A stretch of 64,000 nucleotides of DNA, from NCBI GenBank assembly GCA_050247235.1, contig JBFWUN010000008.1, positions 11,219 through 75,218 on the forward strand, in the 5' to 3' direction. The notes under the pieces were generated by a model. It was not told where the DNA came from and did not search any database. It was given only the letters and a program-made list of their open reading frames with translations. Positions 20,018-33,628 of the stretch are shown one piece after another. A program made the position numbers and the translations under genes. Position 1 is the first letter of the stretch. Each line of letters opens with the position of its first letter. This DNA is from Gammaproteobacteria bacterium. Lineage in GTDB: Bacteria > Pseudomonadota > Gammaproteobacteria > Ga0077536.

Positions 20018-21267
20018 ATTGTCACCCTATCAGGAACGGGACGTGTCTTGTCGAGCTTCGTGTAGATCGGCATCAACAGGAAGAACAGGAAGTAGATCAC
20101 CGTGCAGATTTGAGCGACGAGTGTACGCGCCGGTGTCGGCGGCAGTACGCCCAGATAGCCGAGAATCAGGAACGCTACGACGAAAACGCCAAGCGCCGTC
20201 TTGTAGAGCCCGCCTCGGTATCGAATCGATTTCACCGGACTGCGATCGAGCCAGGGCAACAGGAAAAGGATCATGACGCCCAGCCCCATGAACACCACGC
20301 CCCAGAGTTTCGCGTCCAACCACAGAAAATTCACCGTATTGGCGCGAAGAATCGAGTAGAACGGCGTGAAATACCACACCGGCGCGATGTGTTGCGGTGT
20401 CTTCATCGGGTCAGCGGGAAGGAAGTTGTTCGCTTCCAGGAAGTAACCGCCCATTTCAGGGGCGAAGAACACGACGATCGAGAACAGCATCAGGAACACG
20501 ACCACCCCGACCGAATCCTTGACGGTGTAGTAAGGATGGAATGGTATGCCGTCGATCGGGTTGCCCTCGGCATTCTTGTTCTTCTTGATTTCCACGCCAT
20601 CCGGGTTGTTCGAGCCCACTTCGTGAAGTGCGATGATGTGAAGCACGACGAGCCCTGCAATCGCAAATGGCAACGCGACCACGTGCAACGAGAAGAACCT
20701 GTTGAGCGTGATGTCTGAAACCACGTAGTCACCACGGATCAACGTGGAGAGCGCCTCGCCGACGACCGGAATCGCCCCGAACAACGAGATGATGACCTGC
20801 GCACCCCAGAATGACATCTGTCCCCAGGGCAGCAGGTATCCCATGAACGCCTCTGCCATCAGACTCAGGTAGATGAGCATGCCGAGTATCCACAACAGCT
20901 CTCGAGGCTTCTTGTAGGATCCATAGAGCATGGCGCGGAACATATGCAGATAGACCACCACGAAGAACGCCGAGGCCCCGGTGGAGTGCATGTAGCGAAT
21001 CAGCCAGCCCCAGTCGACATCGCGCATGATGTATTCGACCGACGCGAACGCCTGCGTCGCATCCGGCTTGTAGTTCATGACGAGCCAGATACCCGTGACG
21101 ATCTGGATCACGAACACCACGAGCGAAAGTACGCCGAAGTAATACCAGAAGTTGAAGTTCTTCGGCGCGTAGTAACGCGCCATGTGATCGTTCCACAGCT
21201 GCATGAGCGGGAACCGGTCATCGATCCAGTCCCGGAGACCGGTGAGTTGGCGGACGATCGCGTTCAT
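20014..21267 (-). CDS. petB: Cytochrome b subunit of the bc1 complex
   Basis: Lies in the frame of ORF 20014..21534. ATG 21267 overlaps the petA stop and gives MNAIVRQLTGLRDWIDDRFPLMQLW... Polytopic, with the conserved His pairs and PEWYF-like APVWYFTPFY. Confidence 0.92.
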   Translation of the reverse strand: MNAIVRQLTGLRDWIDDRFPLMQLWNDHMARYYAPKNFNFWYYFGVLSLVVFVIQIVTGIWLVMNYKPDATQAFASVEYIMRDVDWGWLIRYMHSTGASAFFVVVYLHMFRAMLYGSYKKPRELLWILGMLIYLSLMAEAFMGYLLPWGQMSFWGAQVIISLFGAIPVVGEALSTLIRGDYVVSDITLNRFFSLHVVALPFAIAGLVVLHIIALHEVGSNNPDGVEIKKNKNAEGNPIDGIPFHPYYTVKDSVGVVVFLMLFSIVVFFAPEMGGYFLEANNFLPADPMKTPQHIAPVWYFTPFYSILRANTVNFLWLDAKLWGVVFMGLGVMILFLLPWLDRSPVKSIRYRGGLYKTALGVFVVAFLILGYLGVLPPTPARTLVAQICTVIYFLFFLLMPIYTKLDKTRPVPDRVTM

Positions 21268-21863
21268 GCCGGGTTCTCCTTGTCGACGCCGATCACGATC
21301 CTTGTATCGGTGATGAACTCGTACGGCGGCACCTCCAGGTTGGTCGGCGCCGGGACGCCCATGTAGACGCGTCCCGCGAGATCGAATTTGGAACCATGAC
21401 AGGGGCAGAAGAATCCGCCGTTCCACGGAGTACCCATGCCGGCGGCAGTGAGCTCGGGCACGAAAGAAGGAGAACAACCGAGATGGGTGCACACACCCAC
21501 GAGCACGAGGTACTCGGGGTTCTCGGAGCGCCACTCGTTCTTGGCATATCCAGGCTGGAGGGAGCCGTCAGATTGCGGATCGCGCAAAACGCCGGACTCG
21601 AACTTCTTCAGGCCGTCGATCATTTCGGGAGTACGACGCACGATCCACACTGGCTTGCCACGCCATTTCTGAATCAGGCGCTGACCGGGCTCGAGCTTGC
21701 TGATATCCACTTCCACGGGTGCGCCGATGGCCTTTGCGCGGGCGCTGGGCTGAAAGGAAGCGATGAACGGCACGGCCGCGAAGCCGGCGCCGATTCCCCC
21801 GATGACGGTCGCGGTGCCCGTGAGGAACCGGCGTCTGCGGGTATCGACGGAATTGTCTGTCAT
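21264..21863 (-). CDS. petA: Rieske iron-sulfur subunit of the bc1 complex
   Basis: Lies in the frame of ORF 21264..21938. ATG 21863 gives MTDNSVDTRRRRFLTG (Tat motif). Rieske boxes CTHLGC and CPCHGS. Confidence 0.92.
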   Translation of the reverse strand: MTDNSVDTRRRRFLTGTATVIGGIGAGFAAVPFIASFQPSARAKAIGAPVEVDISKLEPGQRLIQKWRGKPVWIVRRTPEMIDGLKKFESGVLRDPQSDGSLQPGYAKNEWRSENPEYLVLVGVCTHLGCSPSFVPELTAAGMGTPWNGGFFCPCHGSKFDLAGRVYMGVPAPTNLEVPPYEFITDTRIVIGVDKENPA

Positions 21864-22119
21864 ATCGTCAGGGTCTCCCACGTTTCCGCGATGTTCACGT
21901 TCGCGCGGGGCTCGTTCGCCCATGCCCGCGCGCGTCACCCAACCGTGCCGGGCTCCGCCGCGCGCCCAGGAAAAGGCGGCTGAACGGCTTCGTACAAGCG
22001 GTAATCTGCGTGACGAATGCGACTAGCGCATCGGGCGCGAGTATAGCATCAAAAAACGGGGGCCGAACTCGGTTGAAAGGACGTGCCCGGCGCCGCGGGA
22101 GCGGACCGACACGCGATGC

Positions 22120-23421
22120 TCAAGGTGCCTCGGTACGCATCTCGGCGGAGCGCGCATGCGCCGTGAGTCCTTCGCCCCGGGCAAGCCTGGAGGCCAGCGG
22201 GGCGAGCGCGAGCGCACCGTTCCGGGAACAGGCAATAAGCGAGCTGCGTTTCTGAAAATCGTAGACGCCAAGGGGCGAGGAGAAACGTGCGGTACCGGCC
22301 GTCGGCAGTACGTGGTTGGGGCCGGCGCAGTAGTCACCGATGGCTTCAGGCGTCAGCCGTCCCATGAATATCGCGCCGGCGTGGCGAATGTGCGGCAGCA
22401 GCGCTTCCGGATCGGCTACGGAGAGTTCGAGGTGCTCGGGCGCGATACGGTTGATGAGTCGGACCGCCTCTTGCAGGTCCCTCACGGTGATGAGCGCACC
22501 GCGCGCGGCCAGCGACTTGCCGATGATCGGATGGCGGGACATGGCAGGAAGCAGCCGCTGGATGCTGGCTGCCACGGCATCCGCGAAGCCGGCGTCCGGC
22601 GTGAGCAGGATGGCCTGCGCCTCCTCGTCGTGCTCGGCTTGGGAGAACAGGTCCATTGCGATCCAGTCGGGGTCTGTCCGGCCATCGCACACGATCAGGA
22701 TTTCAGACGGGCCGGCGATCATGTCGATACCGACCCGACCGAATACGAGCGCCTTGGCCTGGGCCACGTAGCTGTTGCCAGGCCCGACGATCTTGTCGAC
22801 AGCAGGAACCGTGCCGGTACCATAGGCCAGGGCCGCAACCGCCTGGGCTCCTCCGATCGAGTACAGTCTGTCAACGCCCGCGATGGCAGCGGCCGCCAGT
22901 ACGAGCGGATTCAGTTCGCCGTCCGGTGCCGGCACCACCATGATGACCTCGCCGACCCCCGCTACCTTGGCCGGCAGCACGTTCATCAGCACGGACGATG
23001 GATATGCCGCCTTGCCACCGGGTACGTACACCCCAACGCGATCGAGGGGGGTGATCTGCTGTCCAAGGACGGTGCCGTCCGGTTCCGTGTAGCGCCAGGA
23101 GTCCTGTCGCTGGCGAACGTGGTAGCCGCGAATCCGGTCGGCGGCCCCGGCAAGCGCCGCGGCGACCGCGGGATCGATTCGGCTTGGATAGTCGTCAAAT
23201 TCCGTCACTTCCAGTTCCGCCGCAGATGCAACCTGCCGGCGATCGAAGCGATTGGTGTACTCGATGACAGCGGTGTCGCCACGCGTGCGCACGTCGGCCA
23301 CGATCTCCCGCACGATCTCGCGAACTCCGCCCGCAACGTCGGCATCCCACGCCAGCAGCGCGTCGAGTGCGGCCTCGAATCCGGGCTGACGCGTGTCGAG
23401 GCGATTCACGAGACCGGTCAC
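22120..23421 (-). CDS. hisD: Histidinol dehydrogenase
   Basis: 433-aa ORF with full-length HisD similarity ([19 protein letters not shown]). Its start overlaps the hisG stop. Confidence 0.93.
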   Translation of the reverse strand: MTGLVNRLDTRQPGFEAALDALLAWDADVAGGVREIVREIVADVRTRGDTAVIEYTNRFDRRQVASAAELEVTEFDDYPSRIDPAVAAALAGAADRIRGYHVRQRQDSWRYTEPDGTVLGQQITPLDRVGVYVPGGKAAYPSSVLMNVLPAKVAGVGEVIMVVPAPDGELNPLVLAAAAIAGVDRLYSIGGAQAVAALAYGTGTVPAVDKIVGPGNSYVAQAKALVFGRVGIDMIAGPSEILIVCDGRTDPDWIAMDLFSQAEHDEEAQAILLTPDAGFADAVAASIQRLLPAMSRHPIIGKSLAARGALITVRDLQEAVRLINRIAPEHLELSVADPEALLPHIRHAGAIFMGRLTPEAIGDYCAGPNHVLPTAGTARFSSPLGVYDFQKRSSLIACSRNGALALAPLASRLARGEGLTAHARSAEMRTEAP

Positions 23422-24071
23422 ACGGCCTCCGCGCGCGCTGCCTCGCGAGGATCCAACTTCTCCAGGAGACTTACCGTCGCGAGATGCTTGGTCTTCAGGG
23501 CGGCCTTGTTGACGATTACTCGCGCGCTGACCGTACAGATCTGCTCGACTTCGACGAGGCCGTTCGCCCGGAGCGTGTTGCCGGTGTCGACGAGGTCCAC
23601 GATGCAGTCCGCGAGACCGACGAGCGGCGCGAGTTCCATCGAACCGTACAGCTTGATGATCTCAGTCTGCACGCCCTTTGCTGCGAAATGGCGGCGGGTG
23701 ATCACCGCGTACTTGGTGGCAACCCGCAGCCGGGAGCGGTTCGTGACGGCGGGGTCCAGGCTCGCCACCGCGAGCCGGCAGGGTGCGATCCGGAGGTCGA
23801 CAGGTTCGTAGAAACCTTCACCCTCGTACTCGAGCAGGGTGTCTTTCCCGACGATACCGAGATCGGCCCCTCCGTACTCCACGTACGTCGGGACGTCCGA
23901 GGCGCGCACGATGACCAGCCGAACGCCAGGCACCGACGTCGGGATGATCAGCCGGCGGGTACGTTCGAGGTCCTCGGCGGGTTCAATGCCGCGCGCCGCA
24001 AGCAGCGGCAAGGCTTCTTTCAGGATCCGTCCCTTGGCGACCGCGAGCGTCAGTTGCCGGGTGTCGTTCAC
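23418..24071 (-). CDS. hisG: ATP phosphoribosyltransferase, short form
   Basis: Lies in the frame of ORF 23418..24536. Only the last ~217 codons look like HisG ([33 protein letters not shown]). There is no in-frame ATG, so GTG 24071 is chosen; TTG 24086 is an alternative. Confidence 0.85.
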   Translation of the reverse strand: MNDTRQLTLAVAKGRILKEALPLLAARGIEPAEDLERTRRLIIPTSVPGVRLVIVRASDVPTYVEYGGADLGIVGKDTLLEYEGEGFYEPVDLRIAPCRLAVASLDPAVTNRSRLRVATKYAVITRRHFAAKGVQTEIIKLYGSMELAPLVGLADCIVDLVDTGNTLRANGLVEVEQICTVSARVIVNKAALKTKHLATVSLLEKLDPREAARAEAV

Positions 24072-24082
24072 GCGTATCGCGC

Positions 24083-25608
<1,526 letters not shown>

Positions 25609-25627
25609 TACGCGCCGGCCCCCCCGA

Positions 25628-26239
25628 TCACTGCCCGATTTCCTGGTTTTTCGTCGCCAGGTTGGCGATGAGCTGGTCGATACCACCTTCCTTCAGGATG
25701 GATGTGAACGAAGATCGGTAGGTCTTGACCAGGCTCACGCCGTCAACCGACACGTCGAAAACCTTCCAGTCCCCCGTCTTGTTGTGCAATCGATAGACGA
25801 CCGGAAGCACCGCGCCGCTCGCCTGCGTGATGTCCTGTTTCACAACCGCCGTCTTGGCGTTGGTCGGCTGCGGGCCCGGATCGGGATACTGGATCGTCTG
25901 GTCGGAGTACTCGAGCAACGCCGCGGCGTAGGTTCGGACCAGCAGCTTGCGGAACTGCTCGACGAACGCGGCGCGCTTGGTTTCGTCTGCGGCTTTCCAC
26001 TGCTCGCCCAGTACGAACTGCGACATCACACCGAAATCGAAATGCGGAAAGATCATTTCCGAGACAAGGTTGTACATCTTGGTCGGATCGGACCGCAGGG
26101 TGTCCTTCTCGTCCTTGACGCGCGACACGACTTCCGAAGTCGTGCTCCGCACCGTCTCCAATGGTGCCTCCTGCGCCCACGCGCCGCACGTGATGATTGC
26201 CAGAACGAACGCTGCGGCCGTCGAAACAAATCGCTTCAT
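25628..26239 (-). CDS. mlaC: Periplasmic phospholipid-binding protein MlaC (Ttg2D family)
   Basis: 203 aa. Signal peptide MKRFVSTAAAFVLAIITCGAWA and the MlaC-like core (MIFPHFDFGVMSQFVLGEQW). Confidence 0.85.
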   Translation of the reverse strand: MKRFVSTAAAFVLAIITCGAWAQEAPLETVRSTTSEVVSRVKDEKDTLRSDPTKMYNLVSEMIFPHFDFGVMSQFVLGEQWKAADETKRAAFVEQFRKLLVRTYAAALLEYSDQTIQYPDPGPQPTNAKTAVVKQDITQASGAVLPVVYRLHNKTGDWKVFDVSVDGVSLVKTYRSSFTSILKEGGIDQLIANLATKNQEIGQ

Positions 26240-26351
26240 TGCAAGTCCTCTGCCAGCAAGTTTGGGTGTCTGAGTCAGGATGTTCGGTGGGCCCGAAGCG
26301 GGCGCAGCCGGTTCGCCGAGGCGGATCCGGGCGCTAATCTAGCACAACCGT

Positions 26352-26369
26352 CCCGCCCCGGGGGGCGGG
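26352..26369 (-). terminator. GC-rich hairpin (7-bp stem CCCGCCC/GGGCGGG) downstream of gloA
   Basis: Read directly. No clear U-tract, so its function as a terminator is uncertain. Confidence 0.3.
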
Positions 26370-26389
26370 TCCCGTCGCGGTTCCGACCC

Positions 26390-26785
26390 TCAACCCGGGT
26401 GCGGTTCGTCCTGCAGCAGCTCGACCTTGTAGCCGTCCGGATCCTCGACGAACGCAATGACGGTCCTCCCGCCTTTCATCGGACCGGCTTCGCGCACGAT
26501 CTTGCCCCCACGCCCGCGAATCGCCTCGCAGGTGGCATACACGTCTTCGACCCCGATGGCCACGTGGCCATAGGCGCTCCCCATGTCGTAGTTGTCGGTG
26601 TCCCAGTTGTGAGTCAGTTCGAGCACGGTGGAATCACGCTCGTCACCATATCCGACGAAGGCCAAGGTGAAACGTCCTTCCGGGTAGTCCTTGCGTCGGA
26701 TCAGCTTCATCCCGAGCACTTCGCAGTAAAAGTTCAGCGCGCGGTCGAGATTCGTGACCCGCAGCATTGTGTGCATCATCCGCAT
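26390..26785 (-). CDS. gloA: Lactoylglutathione lyase (glyoxalase I)
   Basis: 131 aa. MRMMHTMLRVTNLDRALNFYCEVLGMKL..AFVEDPDGYKVELL is nearly colinear with E. coli GloA. Confidence 0.93.
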   Translation of the reverse strand: MRMMHTMLRVTNLDRALNFYCEVLGMKLIRRKDYPEGRFTLAFVGYGDERDSTVLELTHNWDTDNYDMGSAYGHVAIGVEDVYATCEAIRGRGGKIVREAGPMKGGRTVIAFVEDPDGYKVELLQDEPHPG

Positions 26786-26819
26786 CGATGGTTCTCCTTT
26801 CGGGTTGTCACTGGAAATA

Positions 26820-28010
26820 TCAGGACGCCACCTTGATCACGAGTGCGGCGGCCACCCGCCGCGCCTTTTCGCGCGCGAGCTCGATCGAGTCCGCGCGCGC
26901 GAGTGCCACCGCGAGGCGTCGTTTGCCGGCGACCTCCGGCTTGCCGAAGATCCTGACCGCGGTGCGTGGTTCCACCAGCGCCGCGGCCAGCCCTTCGTAC
27001 GTGATGGATCGGCCCTGCCCGCTCGCGAGCACCGCGACCGACGCCGACGGACCGAGTGAATCGATTGCCGGGACCGGCAGGCCGAGCACGGCACGCACGT
27101 GCAGCGCGAACTCCGACTGCTCCTGCGAGATCAGGGTCACCATGCCGGTATCGTGTGGTCGCGGCGACACCTCGCTGAACAGCACGTCATCACCCTTCAC
27201 GAAGAGCTCGACACCGAAAATCCCGAATCCCCCGAGCCCATCGGTCACGGCACGTGCGATTCCCTGCGCGCGTGCGAGGGCGCGCGCGCTCATCGCCTGC
27301 GGCTGCCAGGACTCGCGGTAATCTCCGTCGATCTGAAGGTGCCCGATTGGTGCGCAGAACGTCGTCCCCCCCGCGTGGCGGACGGTCAGCAGGGTGATCT
27401 CGTAATCAAATTCCACGAACCCCTCGACGATCACACGAGTCGACCCCGCACGGCCGCCGGTGATCGCCGCATGCCAGGCCGTCGGAGTGTCCGACTCCGC
27501 GCGGACGAGGCTCTGTCCCTTGCCGGAGGAGCTCATCGCGGGCTTGACCACGCAGGGCGTTCCGAGCGCATTCACTGCAGCCAGGCATTCCGCTTCGCTG
27601 TCCGCGAACCGGTATGGCGATGTCGGCACGCGGAGATCTTCGGCCGCGAGGCGGCGGATGCCTTCGCGGTCCATCGTCAGCAGTGCCGCGCGCGCGCTGG
27701 GCGCCACCGGAAACTCGGCTTCCAGGGCGAGCAGGCGGCTGGTTGCGATGGCTTCAACCTCGGGCAGGATCACGTGTGGCTGTTCGCGCCGAATGACAGT
27801 CTCCAGCGCGTCTCCATCGAGCATGTCCACCACGTGGGCGCGCTGCGCCACCTGCATCGCCGGGGCGTGTGCGTAGCGATCGACGGCGATGACCTCGAGT
27901 CCGAGACGCTGTGCCTCGAGGGCGACTTCCTTGCCCAGTTCGCCGGCGCCGAGCAGCATCAGGCGCGTTGCATTGGAATGTCCCGGAGTACCGATCACGA
28001 GCGGTTTCAT
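26820..28010 (-). CDS. purT: Formate-dependent phosphoribosylglycinamide formyltransferase
   Basis: 396 aa, ATP-grasp fold. [31 protein letters not shown]-terminus typical of PurT. Confidence 0.9.
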   Translation of the reverse strand: MKPLVIGTPGHSNATRLMLLGAGELGKEVALEAQRLGLEVIAVDRYAHAPAMQVAQRAHVVDMLDGDALETVIRREQPHVILPEVEAIATSRLLALEAEFPVAPSARAALLTMDREGIRRLAAEDLRVPTSPYRFADSEAECLAAVNALGTPCVVKPAMSSSGKGQSLVRAESDTPTAWHAAITGGRAGSTRVIVEGFVEFDYEITLLTVRHAGGTTFCAPIGHLQIDGDYRESWQPQAMSARALARAQGIARAVTDGLGGFGIFGVELFVKGDDVLFSEVSPRPHDTGMVTLISQEQSEFALHVRAVLGLPVPAIDSLGPSASVAVLASGQGRSITYEGLAAALVEPRTAVRIFGKPEVAGKRRLAVALARADSIELAREKARRVAAALVIKVAS

Positions 28011-28022
28011 GGCGACCTTCTA

Positions 28023-29126
28023 TCACGCGTCACATTCGAATCCCAGCGCCTGCAGCCGGGCGCGTGCAGGGTCGTCCCGCGGCATGCCGCGTACCACGTG
28101 AGCAGCGAACTCCCGCCGCACGCCAAAACGGGCACGCAGCCGGTCAAAGTGCGGCCCGGAGTCCCCCTCGGGCATCGCCTGCATCGCGGCGGTGAAGGAA
28201 TCCGGATCACAGCACGCGCGCACTATCTCCTCCCAACGAGGGCGCGCGCGCCAGTCGAGCGCCACGCTAGCCGGCGGCGGCGGCGCCGGCGGCGCCGCCA
28301 ATCCCAGCCACGCGGTGAGCGCATGCGCGAGCATTCCCGTCGCGCGCAGCCGCGCATCGACCGTGTGCCCGGCAACGTGCGGGCTCGCCACCAGCGCCAC
28401 GGCGCGCAGCGCCGGAAGAATGCGCGGTTCGCCCTCCCAGCAGTCGACTGCGAGCTGCCGACTGCCCGCGTGCGCGAGCCATGCTGCTTCGTCCAGCACG
28501 CCGCCACGCGCCGCGTTGACGAGCAGCGCGCGTGGTGCAAGTGCCGCGATCTCGGGCGCCCCTACCAGGTGACGGGTCGGGTGCGGGCCCTCGTCGACGA
28601 GCGGCACATGCAGGGTCACGATATCGGACGCGAGCACCTGGTCGCGAGGAACGCCCGCAAATCCACTGTCACGCAGTGCGCGCGGCGGATCGTGTGCCAC
28701 CCAACGCACGCCGAGCGCGGTCAGCAGGTGCGCGACCGCCGTCCCCACGTGGCCCGCGCCCACGATGCCGACACGCAGATCCGCCAGCGCACGGCCGATG
28801 TCCCGCGCGTACCGCAGGCTGCATGCCAGCACGTATTCAGCGACGGCGACTGCGTTGCAACCCGGTGCGGCCGCAAACCGGATGCCGCGCGCCTGCAACG
28901 ACGGAACGTCCACGTGGTCGACGCCGGCGGTCGCCGTCCCCACGAACCGGACCGGTGTGCCTTCGAGCAGTTCCGGCCCGACCCGCGTGACCGAGCGGAC
29001 CAGCAGGACGTCGGCGTCGCGGAGCATCGCGCGCGACAATGCGCGCCCCGGCACCGTGGTGATTTCCCCGAGCCCGGCGCACCACGCTTCCAAGCCCGGA
29101 ATGTTCTCGTCAGCGACGATTCTCAT
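28023..29126 (-). CDS. pdxB: Erythronate-4-phosphate dehydrogenase
   Basis: 367 aa. MRIVADENIP start and a D-2-hydroxyacid dehydrogenase NAD motif (VGIVGAGHVGTAV). Confidence 0.88.
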   Translation of the reverse strand: MRIVADENIPGLEAWCAGLGEITTVPGRALSRAMLRDADVLLVRSVTRVGPELLEGTPVRFVGTATAGVDHVDVPSLQARGIRFAAAPGCNAVAVAEYVLACSLRYARDIGRALADLRVGIVGAGHVGTAVAHLLTALGVRWVAHDPPRALRDSGFAGVPRDQVLASDIVTLHVPLVDEGPHPTRHLVGAPEIAALAPRALLVNAARGGVLDEAAWLAHAGSRQLAVDCWEGEPRILPALRAVALVASPHVAGHTVDARLRATGMLAHALTAWLGLAAPPAPPPPASVALDWRARPRWEEIVRACCDPDSFTAAMQAMPEGDSGPHFDRLRARFGVRREFAAHVVRGMPRDDPARARLQALGFECDA

Positions 29127-29225
29127 GTGCGCGGCTTCATGTCCGGATTCTCCACGCGACCAGCGGGACCAGCATGTCGGCGCACCGCCGTCGCGTTCCT
29201 CCGGGCCGCGGCAGCCATCCTCCGG

Positions 29226-30161
29226 TCAGGGCCGGTGGTCGACCTCGGCGCCTTCTTTCTGGACCGGCAGCAGTTCCTGCCGCGTCGCGCCGAGCGCGAG
29301 GACCGCCGAACTCGCCACGTAAATCGTGGAGTACGTACCGACGAGAATGCCGATCGTCAACGCGAGCGCGAAGCCGTGGATCATGTCCCCGCCCAGGAAG
29401 AACAGCGACAGCACGGTCAGCAAAGTGACCAGGCTGGTGTTGATCGTGCGCGAGAGCGTCTGGTTGAGCGAGAGGTTCATCACCTCGATAGGCGTGGCCT
29501 TGCGCATCGAACGAAAATTCTCACGGATACGATCAAACACGACGATCGTATCGTTCAGCGAGTACCCCATCACCGTCAGCACCGCCGCGAGCGCAGTGAG
29601 ATCGAAATCCAGCCGCGTGAGCGAAAAGAACCCGAGGATCACCAGCACGTCGTGCGCGGTCGCGACGATCGCGCCGACCGAGAACTTGAACGTGAATCTC
29701 AGCATCACGTACAGGAGAATGCCGCCCAAGGCGATAATCGCGGCAATGATCGCGTCGTCCGCGAGTTCGTCGCCTACCTGTGGGCCGACCATCTCGACGC
29801 GCCGGATTTCAGCCTCCGGGAGCAGCTTCTTGAGCTTGGCGCCCACGTCCGCGTTCGCGGCTTCCGCCCCCGTCACTTGGGCCACCGGCGGCAGCCGCAG
29901 CATCACCTGCTGGTCGGAGCCGAACCGCTGTACCACGCCTCCGCCGAACTCGGATTGCGCGAGCGACTGCCGGATCGTTTCGAGATCCGGCGCCGAGGCA
30001 TATTCGAGTTCAACCACCGTGCCGCCCGTGAACTCGATACTCAGGTTGAGTCCCTGGACGAACAGCGAAACGATCGTCGCCAGGTTGATCGCCGTCGACA
30101 GCACCAGCCCGATCATGCGCCAGCGCATGAAATCAATGTTGGTGCGCGGTTTCATCGTCAT
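29226..30161 (-). CDS. secF: Protein translocase subunit SecF
   Basis: 311-aa polytopic protein with SecF similarity. Follows secD. Confidence 0.92.
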   Translation of the reverse strand: MTMKPRTNIDFMRWRMIGLVLSTAINLATIVSLFVQGLNLSIEFTGGTVVELEYASAPDLETIRQSLAQSEFGGGVVQRFGSDQQVMLRLPPVAQVTGAEAANADVGAKLKKLLPEAEIRRVEMVGPQVGDELADDAIIAAIIALGGILLYVMLRFTFKFSVGAIVATAHDVLVILGFFSLTRLDFDLTALAAVLTVMGYSLNDTIVVFDRIRENFRSMRKATPIEVMNLSLNQTLSRTINTSLVTLLTVLSLFFLGGDMIHGFALALTIGILVGTYSTIYVASSAVLALGATRQELLPVQKEGAEVDHRP

Positions 30162-30198
30162 GAATAGGTTCCTGGATTGTGGGTACCGGCGTGTCCGC

Positions 30199-32022
30199 TC
30201 AAACCCACAGGCTCTGCAGCCGACGGCGCCCGTAGACCAGGTTCACCAGCGCGCGCGATCCGACGATCGCGGTGAACATCGACGTCCCGATACCGAGGGT
30301 CAGGGTCACTGCGAACCCCTTCACGGGTCCGGTGCCGAACGAGAACAGCACCACCGCTGCGATCAGGGTTGTGATGTTCGAGTCGAGAATGGTGCCGAAA
30401 GCGCGTTCGTAACCGGCGTAGATCGCTGCCTGTGGCGACTTGCCGAGCCGGAGTTCCTCGCGGATGCGCTCGTTGATCAGGACGTTGGCATCCACTGCCA
30501 TGCCCACGGTGAGCAGGATGCCGGCGATGCCGGGCAGGGTCAGCGTCGCCTGGATCATCGACATCAGCGCAACGAGCAGCACGACGTTGGCGGTCAGCGC
30601 GACGTTTGCGATCAGTCCAAACACCTTGTAGTACAGCGCCATGAAGATCACCACGAGCACGAAGCCCACCACGCAGGAGCGCAGGCCGGCATCGATGTTG
30701 TCCTGGCCGAGGCTCGGACCCACGGTGCGTTCCTCGATGATCTCCATCGGCGCCGCCAGCGCGCCCGCGCGCAGCAGCAGCGCCAGCGTCCGCGCTTCGT
30801 CCTGGCTGTCCAGGCCCGTGATCTGGAAGCGCTTGGAGAGCTCGTCGCGGATGGTGGCGACATTGATCACCTCTTCGACCGGCTTGCCCTGCTGCTGCTC
30901 GATGAACACCACCGCCATCGGTTTGCCGATCTCCTCGCGGGTTGCACGGCTGAAGCGCCGAGCGCCCTTGCCGTCAAGCGTGATGAACACCGCCGGCGTG
31001 CCGGACTGCTGCTCCACGCCGGACGACGCGTCGATAATCGAATCGCCGGTCAGCATGACGCGCTTCTCGAGCAGGATCGGGCCGCCCGTGCGCTGCTGGT
31101 AGAGCTTGGAACCCATCGGCACGCGTCCATCGACGGCCGCCTGGACATCACCGTTCAGGTCCACCATGCGAAACTCGAGGGTGGCGGTGGCGCCCAGCAG
31201 TTTCTTCGCCTCGGCGGTATCCTCCACACCAGGCAACTGCACCACGATGCGCGAATCCCCCTGCTGCTGAATCACTGGCTCCGCGACACCGAATTCGTTG
31301 ATTCGATTGCGCAGTGTCGTCAGGTTCTGCCTGATCGCGGTCTTGCGGGTTTCGGACACGAACTCCGGTTTGGGCTGCAGGAGCACCGCGTGGTCGTCCG
31401 GCGTCCCCGCGTCGGTGGGCACGAGATCCGCGAAATCGCGCGCAAACAGCTCACCCGCACGCGCCTTCGCCTCTTCGTTCAGCAGCTTCACCAGCACCCC
31501 GCCCTGGGGGCCCCGGGATACCGTGCGAAACCGGATCTTGTCCTCGCGCAGCGCGGTACGCAGCTCGGAGATGAACCGCTCCTCCAGTTGTCTCTGCACC
31601 GCGGCGGTGTCGACCTGCATCAGGAAGTGCACCCCCCCACGCAGGTCCAGACCCATGTACATGGGTTTTGCGCCCAGGCTGCGCAACCACGCGGGGGTCG
31701 CGGGCGCGAGGTTGAAAGCAACCAGGTAGTCACGGGTGCCGAGCGTCTCGTTCACCACCGGCAACGCGGCGGCGCGCGCCCGGTCGTCGGTGAAACGCAG
31801 GAGGATCCGGTTGCTGCTGCGTTCGGTCGCCTGCAGCGCGATGCCGGCACCCGCCAGCGCGTCGCTGATGCGCTTCGCCAGCGCCTCGTCGATCGGCGCC
31901 GAGCGTCGCGGAGAGATCTGCAGCGCCGGATCCTGGCCATACAGGTTGGGCAATGCGTACAGCGTACCGACCACGATCACGGCCAGCACGAGCAGGTAGC
32001 GCCACAGAGGGTATTGATTCAT
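30199..32022 (-). CDS. secD: Protein translocase subunit SecD
   Basis: 607 aa. MNQYPLWRYLLVLAVIVVGTLYALPNLYG start, a large periplasmic domain and a C-terminal 5-TM bundle. Confidence 0.93.
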   Translation of the reverse strand: MNQYPLWRYLLVLAVIVVGTLYALPNLYGQDPALQISPRRSAPIDEALAKRISDALAGAGIALQATERSSNRILLRFTDDRARAAALPVVNETLGTRDYLVAFNLAPATPAWLRSLGAKPMYMGLDLRGGVHFLMQVDTAAVQRQLEERFISELRTALREDKIRFRTVSRGPQGGVLVKLLNEEAKARAGELFARDFADLVPTDAGTPDDHAVLLQPKPEFVSETRKTAIRQNLTTLRNRINEFGVAEPVIQQQGDSRIVVQLPGVEDTAEAKKLLGATATLEFRMVDLNGDVQAAVDGRVPMGSKLYQQRTGGPILLEKRVMLTGDSIIDASSGVEQQSGTPAVFITLDGKGARRFSRATREEIGKPMAVVFIEQQQGKPVEEVINVATIRDELSKRFQITGLDSQDEARTLALLLRAGALAAPMEIIEERTVGPSLGQDNIDAGLRSCVVGFVLVVIFMALYYKVFGLIANVALTANVVLLVALMSMIQATLTLPGIAGILLTVGMAVDANVLINERIREELRLGKSPQAAIYAGYERAFGTILDSNITTLIAAVVLFSFGTGPVKGFAVTLTLGIGTSMFTAIVGSRALVNLVYGRRRLQSLWV

Positions 32023-32058
32023 CGCGCAGGACTTCCGAATCCGCCGGCCCGGGGCCGG

Positions 32059-32388
32059 CTAGATTTCCTTGAGAGTGCCTTTCGGGAGGATGGACGTCAC
32101 CGCCGGGCGCTGAACCCGGATTTCCACGCCCTTCGCGACCTCGACCTTGACGTAGTTGTCATTGACGTCCGTGATCCGCCCGAGCAGGCCGCCGCTGGTC
32201 ACGATCTCGTCCCCCTTCTGCAGGCCCTGCACGAGCTTCTGGTGCTCGCGCTGGCGTTTCATCTGCGGACGGATCAGGAAGAAATAAAAGGCGACGAAAA
32301 GGATCATCAGCGGCACGAAGCCCATGAGTCCCCCCTGCTGGGGCGCCCCTGCGGCCTGTGCCATGGCATCGTTGATCAGGAAGTTCAT
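32059..32388 (-). CDS. yajC: Preprotein translocase subunit YajC
   Basis: 109 aa. FYFFLIRPQMKRQREHQKL..GDEIVTSGGLLGRI motif. Lies in the tgt-yajC-secDF order. Confidence 0.92.
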   Translation of the reverse strand: MNFLINDAMAQAAGAPQQGGLMGFVPLMILFVAFYFFLIRPQMKRQREHQKLVQGLQKGDEIVTSGGLLGRITDVNDNYVKVEVAKGVEIRVQRPAVTSILPKGTLKEI

Positions 32389-32440
32389 ACCCCCCCCTGG
32401 GCTAAGCGGCGCGTATTATTGCACAGGCCGGCGCGCCCGC

Positions 32441-33628
<1,188 letters not shown>

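Noticed and set aside
22030-22060. TTGATGctaTACTC plus an upstream T-run between hisD and petA, considered as an FNR site or an intrinsic terminator.
   Set aside because: The second half-site is absent. The T-run is not preceded by a convincing stem (only 4-bp CCGA/TCGG). TATACT may simply be the petA -10, but I could not support a full promoter call.
28255-28300. The GC-only low-complexity tract (gccggcggcggcggcgccggcggcgccgcc), considered as a possible repeat element.
   Set aside because: It lies in frame inside pdxB and encodes a Pro/Ala-rich linker (LAAPPAPPPPAS). It is not an independent repeat feature.
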